Part shown: positions 1-8,016 of the stretch, one piece after another
How positions within the stretch are numbered: position 1 is the first letter of the stretch
Layout of the letters: each line of letters begins with the position of its first letter
DNA from: Bacteriovoracia bacterium
GTDB taxonomy: Bacteria; Bdellovibrionota; Bacteriovoracia; Bacteriovoracales; Bacteriovoracaceae
Assembly (NCBI GenBank): GCA_046570105.1
Contig: JBKHVI010000022.1
Location: 1-30,935 of the forward strand
DNA: 30,935 bases
Direction: 5' to 3'
The notes under the pieces: model-generated
The model's input: the letters and a program-made list of their open reading frames with translations, nothing else
What the model was told of the DNA's origin: nothing
Database searches by the model: none
Made by a program: the position numbers and the translations under genes

Positions 1-85
1 CGCGTGTTGGGGTTTTCTTGTAATTGGCACAGCTTGTGAGTGTGGCGGCCAAAGTAATGAGCAAGAATGATTTTGTAAAAAGCAT
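1..85 (-). CDS. 5' end of a putative lipoprotein running off the window edge
   Basis: Reverse strand ATG at 85 preceded by GGAGAT. Translation MLFTKSFLLITLAATLTSCANYKKTPTR has a hydrophobic stretch ending in a lipobox LTS-C. Not in the ORF track because it is truncated. Confidence 0.7.
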   Translation of the reverse strand, partial: MLFTKSFLLITLAATLTSCANYKKTPTR

Positions 86-369
86 AAGTAATCTCCGGTT
101 GTATGAATTAAGCTTAGCGGGTTTTGAAATTTCAGGTTGCCGCCCTGGCATTTTTTCACAGCAGAGAGAGGTTTAAGTTTTTAAGGGTTGGTTCTGAGTG
201 ATTAATCGTTGAGAATTGTCGCTCCGCCGCAATAGCCACTTTGTCTCCAGTCAGTGTCAATCAGGCACTGGATTTGAGTGGAAATACTCATATCTCCTAG
301 CAGCGGATTCCAAGAGAATATTTTTTCGCTATAAGCCCCCTCGACTTCAACACAACAGGGGATGGTGGC

Positions 370-1317
370 ATGAAAATCGTTTTGTTATTTGTATTATTAC
401 TCACGGCTTCTTTAACTCATGCTTCATCAGGCGAGAGTTCAACTTTTCAATTTGATGGGACGCTAAGCGAGCATCTCGCCACACTCAAAGGCGATAAGAC
501 GCACACGGAATACTACACCGAAGAATATGAATCGACTTGCAGTCGCGAAGTCTACGAAGGTACGGGGACTGTTTGTCGTCGCACCGGTGGAGGCACACGC
601 TGTCGCCAGGGCACTAATATCTGTGAACCCTTGCCGGAGCGTGAAGAGTGTTCACCTTATCCCATCTATCGCACAGAGTATTACAGCTGCACCCAAACCC
701 GCACTCTAAGCCGTGAGGTTTATGACTATCCAACAGAAGCGGTGGTGAAAGTCAGTGTTTTAAATGCTGGCGAGATTCAAGGCGCCAACGAGAACATTCA
801 AATTAAGCTGACTGGTGAAGAACTCACACTAAGTGCCAAGGGGTCAAAGGCGTTTATCATCGAGATTCAAAAGAAAGATGTGAAGAAGTCTGTAGAAGGC
901 AACGTCCGTCGTGCTGAATACGACATCGAACTCAGTCTCACGCCAGCGGCTCCGGTTTTGGCAGCGCTTAATGTGAAAAAGATGAAAGTGAAAAGCAATG
1001 CTATTGACTATGACATGGGCAAAGTCACCAGTGATCTGAAGATCGCCCACAAGTTGCGCCTGGCCAAGCGCGGCCTATTTGGCGGCGAAGATACCTTCTA
1101 TGATGAAGTGCTTCCGGCGAGCGTTTTAAAGCAAACTGAAACTTCATCAGGCTCACATTTTAGAGTGGAGCTTAAAGATGTCGGCCAGACGCTCTCAAAG
1201 GGTAAGTTTGGTGTGGAAGTGAAGGCCTTCTATCAGGCCTCAAGTTTCGGTGTGATCAATGAAGCGGATTTTAAGTCGCTCGAAAGTAAGTTCAAGGTTG
1301 TTTACTCAATTCGATAA
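370..1317 (+). CDS. Secreted hypothetical protein with a Cys-rich insert
   Basis: 315-aa ORF. Sec signal MKIVLLFVLLLTASLTHA, six Cys clustered in about aa 57-107, beta-rich remainder. Confidence 0.85.
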   Translation: MKIVLLFVLLLTASLTHASSGESSTFQFDGTLSEHLATLKGDKTHTEYYTEEYESTCSREVYEGTGTVCRRTGGGTRCRQGTNICEPLPEREECSPYPIYRTEYYSCTQTRTLSREVYDYPTEAVVKVSVLNAGEIQGANENIQIKLTGEELTLSAKGSKAFIIEIQKKDVKKSVEGNVRRAEYDIELSLTPAAPVLAALNVKKMKVKSNAIDYDMGKVTSDLKIAHKLRLAKRGLFGGEDTFYDEVLPASVLKQTETSSGSHFRVELKDVGQTLSKGKFGVEVKAFYQASSFGVINEADFKSLESKFKVVYSIR

Positions 1318-1322
1318 ATAAA

Positions 1323-1355
1323 TGGGGTGAACTTCAATCCATGAGGTTCACCCCA
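1323..1355. terminator. Probable bidirectional intrinsic terminator
   Basis: TGGGGTGAACTTCA-atcca-TGAGGTTCACCCCA: 14-bp stem with one G-U pair, between convergent stop codons at 1317 and 1361. Confidence 0.75.
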
Positions 1356-1360
1356 ATTCA

Positions 1361-2209
1361 TTATTCTTGGTAGATCGAGTAGTTGTCCGTCGCTTGTTTT
1401 GCTGGAATACGAATCGCTTTATTACTAAACGTGCTGGCATCATCCAGATCATCAAACAAGGCGATGCGCTCGAAGAAGTATTTCCCTTCCACAATGGTTT
1501 TCGCACGCCAAAGTGTGCGCGAGTTGTCTTCCAGTCTTAAGCGGCCCAATTGGTAGCCGACATACTTAGGAGTGTTGATAACGATTTTAGTCTCGTCTTG
1601 AATCGTCCAATCCACGCCGGTCTGAAATTTGATGTATTGATTAATATTGTCCGCATTGAGCCCAATACTATTACCGCTGATCTTTTTAAACGAGATGGTG
1701 AGCTTCTCGGCCTTTAAGGCCTGGATGATAAAGCCCACATCATTGAGATAGCTCTTACAAGTGGCACTCATGCCGCTGTTGTACCAATCGGTGATATCAA
1801 TTGAGCTCATATATTCAGTAACAAGACCTGTGAGTTCAATCTGCACCGTGATGTCATTTTTAAGTGAGATCCCTGCGCTTAATAGCGGGTTACCCGACAA
1901 AAGGAATCCGAGGTTTCCTTGAAAGGTGTAGTTATAAACACGCGAGTACTCCGAGCGATCAGTGTAGCGCGGGAGCACTTCATAACTAAAACAATCATTG
2001 GCCGGAGCGACAAACGAGACCGCATCAGGTCTGCCGCCAATGAGAGTTCCAGTAGTGGCATTTTCTAAGGGATTTTGAAAACCGATATAGCCAAAGTCTT
2101 TCACCAGGGCATCGATCGCTGTGTTGGGGTCTTGGACTTCGGGAGGTTGACAACTGACCAGCATGAGAAGGCACAAAGGAGAGAGGAGAGATAGATTGAG
2201 TCGCTTCAT
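1361..2209 (-). CDS. Lipoprotein with gasdermin-like motif layout (putative pore-forming fold)
   Basis: 282-aa ORF with lipobox LVS-C20. Segments LVKDFGYIGFQNPLENATTGTLI, TVQIELTG, FIIQALKAEKLTISF and VINTPKYVGYQL are spaced like conserved bacterial gasdermin elements. The CDS is secure; the fold call is inference. Confidence 0.6.
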   Translation of the reverse strand: MKRLNLSLLSPLCLLMLVSCQPPEVQDPNTAIDALVKDFGYIGFQNPLENATTGTLIGGRPDAVSFVAPANDCFSYEVLPRYTDRSEYSRVYNYTFQGNLGFLLSGNPLLSAGISLKNDITVQIELTGLVTEYMSSIDITDWYNSGMSATCKSYLNDVGFIIQALKAEKLTISFKKISGNSIGLNADNINQYIKFQTGVDWTIQDETKIVINTPKYVGYQLGRLRLEDNSRTLWRAKTIVEGKYFFERIALFDDLDDASTFSNKAIRIPAKQATDNYSIYQE

Positions 2210-2343
2210 GATCGAACTCCATACGTCGTAAAAGTTCCAGCGTGAGCATAATATTCAACGTACGTTCCACGGCCGCTGGATGAAAGTATCGAAAATGATA
2301 AGTGAGATGTGTGATGCAAACAAGTTTGCAAGGCTCATGAGGC

Positions 2344-2455
2344 CTAAGTGCTTTCAAAATAGGGAGTTAACTCCATTTTCGCTTCAGCGCACTTAGCTCA
2401 CTTCCCAAAAATTTTCGCCACGAAGTTTTGGCGAAATGAGGGATGTGGTGGAGAT
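2344..2455. other. Structured intergenic region (two imperfect hairpins) ending in a tRNA/tmRNA-like 3' decamer
   Basis: CTAAGTGC (2344-2351) and GCACTTAG (2389-2396) enclose the palindrome GGAGTTAACTCC (2363-2374). TTTCGCCA (2413-2420) pairs with TGGCGAAA (2429-2436). The minus strand reads ATCTCCACCA at 2446-2455. Confidence 0.4.
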
Positions 2456-2465
2456 TACGAAGCTG

Positions 2466-2849
2466 CTACTTTATTAGTTTATTAATATCGGTTCCGAAGA
2501 TTTTTGACAGTTGTTCTAATCTCTTTGCGGGAACTTTTTCTTTGCCACTCTCCCAAGCCGAGATATTCGTCTGCTTGACGCCTTTTAAAGCTTTAGCGAG
2601 CTCTGTTTGCGTTAGTCTTTCGCGAAAGCGAAGACCTTGAATGATTTTTCCCAGTCTTTTATTTTGATCTGTCCAGTCTGGGCCGAAGGCTTCTTCGGGA
2701 GTGAGGGAAGACTTCTGAGGTCGAATATATTTATCAATGACAAAATTGAGAGTGACGAGGTCTTCTTCCTTGTCCACCCTTGAAATTTTCTCAATAAGGG
2801 CCTTGCGCAAAGTGTTTTTAGTAGGGTGCTTTCTCGTGTGTGCCGACAT
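2466..2849 (-). CDS. XRE-family helix-turn-helix protein, HigA-like antitoxin
   Basis: C-terminal HTH LRFRERLTQTELAKALKGVKQTNISAWESGK. Lies downstream of the toxin-like gene and overlaps it by 32 bp. Confidence 0.85.
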   Translation of the reverse strand: MSAHTRKHPTKNTLRKALIEKISRVDKEEDLVTLNFVIDKYIRPQKSSLTPEEAFGPDWTDQNKRLGKIIQGLRFRERLTQTELAKALKGVKQTNISAWESGKEKVPAKRLEQLSKIFGTDINKLIK

Positions 2850-3108
2850 AATAAACCTCTATAATATAATTTTTACGATCTACTGACCAGCAAGCCACCC
2901 AAGTAGGTTTTCCTTTTTGTAGGTGGCAATGTCTTAAATCTTTGTTCTTGCCCTGGTTTTTAAGTTTGCCATAATTTGGCCAATTCACAGCTGGGCCAAA
3001 GCGTAGCTCTGAAATTAAAGCAAATACCGCATTCTCAACATCTATCGGTATCTTTTTTCTATTCCTGACATCCTTAACGACTTTGCTTTTTATGGTTACT
3101 AGCCACAT
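2818..3108 (-). CDS. RelE/HigB-like toxin (cytotoxic translational repressor family)
   Basis: 96 aa, basic. NWPNYGKL, HCHLQKGKPTWVACW and IEVYYVGTHEKAPY are typical of this RelE-like family. GAGGTG RBS and toxin-first gene order. Confidence 0.8.
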   Translation of the reverse strand: MWLVTIKSKVVKDVRNRKKIPIDVENAVFALISELRFGPAVNWPNYGKLKNQGKNKDLRHCHLQKGKPTWVACWSVDRKNYIIEVYYVGTHEKAPY

Positions 3109-3129
3109 TTACACCTCAATTGTAACTTG

Positions 3130-3159
3130 TTTACGTATATATGTACATGTATACGTAAA
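3130..3159. promoter_or_regulatory. 30-bp near-perfect palindrome, likely TA autoregulatory operator
   Basis: TTTACGTATA-t-ATGTACAT-g-TATACGTAAA, one mismatched pair, about 20 bp upstream of the toxin start. Confidence 0.7.
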
Positions 3160-3384
3160 TGTATGTTTTTAAATAACTTGCAAACTCACGATTAGGAATT
3201 AAAAGAGTATAAGAGTGTTTGTCGACAGCTGTAATACGACTAGATTGTGAAGATAGGTCAATATCAGATTGTAAGTGAGTGAAAACTCAAATTTTTTAAA
3301 ATGAGAGCATCCTGTTAAATTTTTTTTGCAATAAAAGCTGTTAACCAGCGACGTTTTAGATCAATCGCTGATCACTTATGCCAC

Positions 3385-6192
3385 CTAAAGCGTCGCCCCC
3401 AATCCAAAGAATACCTCGGCCGCTGTTAAACCATCTTGCAGGCGATTCACACCTCGCACGCCGATGGTGATGGGTAAGATTCTGGCGATGCGAGATTCGA
3501 AGTTGAGTTCAAGGCCTGTGCTGTTAAGCGTGGGGTTAGAAGACTGATTATCCACCGTGGTTGAATCGAAGAAGGCGTTGGCATAAAGGCGCTTTAGGAA
3601 CCACAGCGAGCCGAGGGCGAAGTCGGGATAGGCCAGTGGGAAAACATAGTTGGCGCTGGCGCGACGGTAATGAGGCGCAAACATATAAGCATAACCACGT
3701 GAGTAGACATAACCCAAAGGATTAGAGGCATAAGGCTGGAAGCGGTAAGCGCCAGCAGTGTCGCGCTGATATTCCTCGGTGAAGTTAAGCTTGAGGGCAT
3801 TGTGTTTGAAGAGGCCTGGCAACTGGAGATTAACCGCTTGGAACACTCGATAAGACGAGATGGTCTTATTGGAATCATTCTTCGCTTGGTCTGCATGAAT
3901 CACATATTGAAACTCTTGCGGAGAAACAATCGAGCGATAGACCTGGTCTTTTGAAAGCGTGAAATTAAAATTCACCGAAGTGTTATGGAAATACTGCGAT
4001 CGTCCTTCCACATCATCGCTGTTAAATTGGTATTCATCAGTCTCAAGATAGCTCGCACCCAGCGTAAGTGCGGTAGCGATATTGTAGAGATCAAACTTTT
4101 TGAAATATGGCAGCGTCATCGAGAGGCCCGCTTCATACTCAGACCAACTGAGCGTGTCCTCGGTGCGATAGTCTTTGGTGTAACGATCAGTCGGTCCTCC
4201 GCTTAAGCGAAAGAGCGGGTAGTATTTGTTGTAATCAAAACCAAAGGTATAGAACTGACCGGTTTCTTCCGCATCACGACCCAAGGTCACATCCATGCCC
4301 ATAGTGCCCAAGTAATTAGCTGTCGTGGCATTAAGCTGGAGTCCTCGACCACCGAGAAAACTCCATGAGTGAGGAATAAAGAGGCGCTTATCAAAATGGC
4401 CGTAGTCTTCCTCTTTTGAATTTTTCTCGCTTGGATTGAACATTTTTTCTTGATCGGAAAAATCTTTTAACGGAAAGCGGTTGTAGTTATCTGAGGGTGA
4501 ATCAAGGCTTAGGTAATTTTGTGTCAAATCACTCATGGTAACGGTCTGACACTGAGTCAGTGGAACTGAATTGAGCTTAGTCCCGCTCACGTCCATATCA
4601 GAGTAATAGAGGTTTTGTCCGTCTGATGAGGGAGCAAAGGCCGCTATCTTAGAGCTCGTACATTTTTGCAAATCACGATTGAGCTTAAAGATTTCATTTT
4701 TACCCTGATACTGGGCCTCAAAGAAAATATTTTGTGCCTGATCCACATTAAGAGCAAAGAGCAGGTTTTTAGACGGCGCGATGAGAGTTGTTGCAGAGTT
4801 GCTCTTGAGATCAATTCTCATCAGCGATTTTTTGCCGGTTTTATCCAGCACCAAGGCGACGGCTTCATTGTCGGTGAGATAATGGGCCTCAATGATTTTA
4901 TGGTCTGGAAGTTTGGCGGAACGGACACGTTTACCATCTATTTGCAGCTCAGTAATTTGCCACGCTTGGTCTTTTGTGAACTCAATGGCTAAAAGTTTTG
5001 AACCTGTTTGATTGAGATGAGGATTATAAAAGCGGCCCTCTTGCGTGATTTGAGTCTTTTTGCCGGTTTTAAGATCCACTAAAATTAAATCAGAGAAGCC
5101 TTTGTAAGCATAACGAGTATCTGGCAGAAATTGCGGATAAACCGCGTGTGTGCCGGCCATACTGACTTGAGTCACGTCATTGATGAACGGGATATCAGCG
5201 ATTTTTTTATCGCTCTCACCCTCACGCTGAGTGATGGCGTAGTAGTTGTCCAAATCATATTTAAGAAAGTGCAGTTTGTTATCGAGCATGAAGGGATACG
5301 TCTCTTCACGGTATTCCGAGATGGCGTGACCGGTGAAATCGGCTTTCCAGCTCTCTTTGAGTTCGTTCATGGTTTGATCATAGAACTCACGAAAGTTTTG
5401 CCCTGATACATCATAAAATGATTCAACCAAACGCCACGGATGAGGAAAGGTGGCGACCTTGTGGGTGACTTTTTTCCAGAAATCTTCACCAAATTTTTGG
5501 GTGGCGCTGGAAATCAGCACATATCCCCAGACGTATTGATTGGGGTAGCGGTTGTTATAGGAGCCGTTGAGGAATTCATCATAACTAGGGATTTTGTCGG
5601 ATAAGACCAAGGCCTTCAGACGCGCCATAAAGCGCGGCGAGCGACCGCGTCCTGCATCGGTGTATTTGGTTTCTGCCCACACGGCATCCCCTTCAAAATA
5701 CCAAGACTGCAGTCCTAAAAACGCGGCTAGAGCGCGGCCAGTATCACCTAAGACATAATCGAGCGCCTTGGTCGTTCCACGATTGAAGTGATCATACTGA
5801 ATGACGTGACGGTATTCATGAATGGCGAGTGTTTGATACCATTCAGTGCCTCCGACAAACGGAGAGTAGATGGCGCTGGTGAACCATTCACTACGACGAG
5901 GGCCCAGCGTCACAAAGCCATTAGGGTCAGCGACTTCTGGGCGCATGATAAGTGGAAACTGCAGCGGACTTTTGATGCCATAAGTTTCGCCCACCACATG
6001 AGAGTAGTGCTCGACGAGATTCATGATGTAGTCAGATTCATTCTTGAGTTCATCTGAGTAAATGAGTTTGACGTGGTCGTTCTCTTTCATCGACCAATTG
6101 AGCGTCGGACTACTCTGACCACTTCCAAGCTGTGCCCAGGCGTTTGAAAGAGAAAGAGCGAAGACAAGGGATAGGCACAGGGGGCGAAACAT
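3385..6192 (-). CDS. Outer-membrane protein: zinc metallopeptidase (HEXXH) + TolB/WD40-like beta-propeller + Omp85-like C-terminal barrel
   Basis: Start moved to ATG 6192 (MFRPLCLSLVFALSLSNAWA signal). Gluzincin motifs HEYRH and WYFEGDAV, propeller-like repeats (FYNPHLNQTG, AFAPSSDGQNLYYS), and a C-terminal amphipathic beta region containing YSRGY. Confidence 0.75.
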   Translation of the reverse strand: MFRPLCLSLVFALSLSNAWAQLGSGQSSPTLNWSMKENDHVKLIYSDELKNESDYIMNLVEHYSHVVGETYGIKSPLQFPLIMRPEVADPNGFVTLGPRRSEWFTSAIYSPFVGGTEWYQTLAIHEYRHVIQYDHFNRGTTKALDYVLGDTGRALAAFLGLQSWYFEGDAVWAETKYTDAGRGRSPRFMARLKALVLSDKIPSYDEFLNGSYNNRYPNQYVWGYVLISSATQKFGEDFWKKVTHKVATFPHPWRLVESFYDVSGQNFREFYDQTMNELKESWKADFTGHAISEYREETYPFMLDNKLHFLKYDLDNYYAITQREGESDKKIADIPFINDVTQVSMAGTHAVYPQFLPDTRYAYKGFSDLILVDLKTGKKTQITQEGRFYNPHLNQTGSKLLAIEFTKDQAWQITELQIDGKRVRSAKLPDHKIIEAHYLTDNEAVALVLDKTGKKSLMRIDLKSNSATTLIAPSKNLLFALNVDQAQNIFFEAQYQGKNEIFKLNRDLQKCTSSKIAAFAPSSDGQNLYYSDMDVSGTKLNSVPLTQCQTVTMSDLTQNYLSLDSPSDNYNRFPLKDFSDQEKMFNPSEKNSKEEDYGHFDKRLFIPHSWSFLGGRGLQLNATTANYLGTMGMDVTLGRDAEETGQFYTFGFDYNKYYPLFRLSGGPTDRYTKDYRTEDTLSWSEYEAGLSMTLPYFKKFDLYNIATALTLGASYLETDEYQFNSDDVEGRSQYFHNTSVNFNFTLSKDQVYRSIVSPQEFQYVIHADQAKNDSNKTISSYRVFQAVNLQLPGLFKHNALKLNFTEEYQRDTAGAYRFQPYASNPLGYVYSRGYAYMFAPHYRRASANYVFPLAYPDFALGSLWFLKRLYANAFFDSTTVDNQSSNPTLNSTGLELNFESRIARILPITIGVRGVNRLQDGLTAAEVFFGLGATL

Positions 6193-6409
6193 AGAAGCTC
6201 GATGAGAATTGTTATTGAAAAATTTTAAAGCGGACTGAGGTTGTTTGTTAAGAGTAATAAGCGATTGATTAAACTCCAAAAAGGTCTTTTTTCTGATTGT
6301 TTCAATCGGCTAATCGGCTTTAGCGAATCTAAATACATACTTAGATTCATAACAAACCTAGAGATCAATTTTCATATTCCGATAGTTATTTAATAACTAG
6401 GGGAAGGAA

Positions 6410-7222
6410 ATGTTTAAATATCGTTGGGATGTTGATGATCATACTGTAGTAAACCTAGAGTGCTCGATGTTAGGTAAATACACCGTGTGGGTGAACAATC
6501 GCGAAGTACTTAGTAAGAGAAATTTATTTAAAATTTCAACCAATCTAAATTTTCAACTTACAGACGGGCGTAGTGCAACTATCAGAGTGAGTAATTACTC
6601 TGGAAGACCAGAAGCTGAATTAAAAGTGTTAGATCAAGAAGTCGTACCGCAGGATGATAAGTTAAAAAATCTATGTCCAAGCTGCCAAACAGAAAACAAA
6701 ACGCATGATAAGTTTTGCTTTAAGTGTGGTTCACAGTTAACTAGTCCACAAGTTCAGATTAGGCAGAAGAAAGTAAAAGAAGCTAGCAAAACGATAAGAG
6801 TTCTCTCAGTGATTTTTTTTATTTCAGGGATAATTTTATATTTCGTTGGGGCAGCGACTTTTGATAATTCTTTAAAGCAGCTTGAGCAGTATCAGGCAAA
6901 CGATGTCTTTCCTCAAGAGATTAATGGACAAAAATATACAGTTGAAGAATTGCGAAACAGGATAAAAATTGAGAAGTGGAGCCTGCTTATTCTGAATGTC
7001 TTTTTGGGCGTGATTATGTTTGGTTTAAGCTTCTGGGCAAAAAAATCACCTCTAGGAGCACTGTTAGTAGCCGCAGCTATTTATGCAGCTGTTATGGTTT
7101 TAAACACCATTGTTGATCCTAGAACGATTGGCCAAGGTATCTTTATAAAGATTATTGTGATTACTGCTCTCTATAAAGGGATAAAGTCTGCCTTAGAGTT
7201 GAGAACAATAAATGGAGGCTGA
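6410..7222 (+). CDS. Membrane protein with double zinc-ribbon
   Basis: CPSC..CFKC followed by about 4 hydrophobic segments. AT-rich. RBS GGGGAAGG. Confidence 0.8.
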   Translation: MFKYRWDVDDHTVVNLECSMLGKYTVWVNNREVLSKRNLFKISTNLNFQLTDGRSATIRVSNYSGRPEAELKVLDQEVVPQDDKLKNLCPSCQTENKTHDKFCFKCGSQLTSPQVQIRQKKVKEASKTIRVLSVIFFISGIILYFVGAATFDNSLKQLEQYQANDVFPQEINGQKYTVEELRNRIKIEKWSLLILNVFLGVIMFGLSFWAKKSPLGALLVAAAIYAAVMVLNTIVDPRTIGQGIFIKIIVITALYKGIKSALELRTINGG

Positions 7223-7979
7223 AAGTTGCAAAACTTGCGGCTTACCCATAAGGGCCGAGGGCCAATTTTGTGTTCACTGTGGAGTTTCAAGGAATGGAGC
7301 TACTAATTTACCATCCGAGGCAAACAAGCCAGATCACGAGCATTTAGTCAGAGAAAATTGGAAAAGCTTCAAAGGGGTTATGACACTCTACGGGCTTTTC
7401 CTTTTTGCATCACTCGTTTTTGGATTTGCCAATCATTTCTCCAAGCACCCCATTTCAACGGTGATTTATTGGTTTGTGATGTTAATGGTCTCCCTTTTTT
7501 ATACTTATCAATATAGAGAATCGGTGTTGGTTTCATTTCAATTGCCGAAAATGAGCTTTTATAAATTAGCAGAACTGTGCCTTTTGGCGGTGGTCACTTA
7601 CATTCTCGTTGATGGATATTTTAGTTTGTTTTCAGTCTTTAAAATGCCAATTAGCCGTTCCTCAACCGAATATATAAAATTCGGATGGCCAGTTTGGTCT
7701 ATTTATTTTCTGGTTAGTTTGTGTCCAGGAATAATTGAAGAAATCGTTTTTCGGGGAATAATCCAAACGAAGCTTAAGGAAGTCTTAGGCTGGAAAGAAG
7801 CCCTGATTATACAAGCCGCTTGTTTTAGTATTTTGCATCTTATGCCAACTATTTTTATAAGCCATTTTATCATGGGGTTATTTGCTGGATGGATTAGAGT
7901 GCGCACTAGTTCAGTTTGGCCTTGCATGTTTGTCCATATGGCCTGGAATGCTCATGTCATATTCAAAGAGCTAGGTTAG
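7212..7979 (+). CDS. CPBP (CAAX/Abi) family intramembrane metalloprotease with N-terminal zinc-ribbon
   Basis: Motifs EEIVFRG, FSILH and HMAWN. N-terminal CKTC..CVHC. Overlaps the upstream gene by 11 bp. Confidence 0.9.
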   Translation: MEAESCKTCGLPIRAEGQFCVHCGVSRNGATNLPSEANKPDHEHLVRENWKSFKGVMTLYGLFLFASLVFGFANHFSKHPISTVIYWFVMLMVSLFYTYQYRESVLVSFQLPKMSFYKLAELCLLAVVTYILVDGYFSLFSVFKMPISRSSTEYIKFGWPVWSIYFLVSLCPGIIEEIVFRGIIQTKLKEVLGWKEALIIQAACFSILHLMPTIFISHFIMGLFAGWIRVRTSSVWPCMFVHMAWNAHVIFKELG

Positions 7980-8016
7980 ATGGCCATAAGGCCAATGTGT
8001 GAGCTAAACTCTTCGT

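Noticed and set aside
2380..2470. Possible tRNA gene near the CTCCACCA motif
   Set aside because: No T-arm GTTCGA or cloverleaf upstream on the minus strand; only the terminal decamer matches.
6193..6279. Longer N-termini given by the ORF track (also 14886-14915, 26414-26470, 26546-26608)
   Set aside because: Downstream ATGs give proper signal peptides or family N-termini and, in two cases, clear RBSs.
6325..6348. GAATCTAA-N8-TTAGATTC as the same regulator site as 29505-29536
   Set aside because: The spacers differ (8 versus 10 bp) and the arms are AT-rich, so the similarity may be chance.
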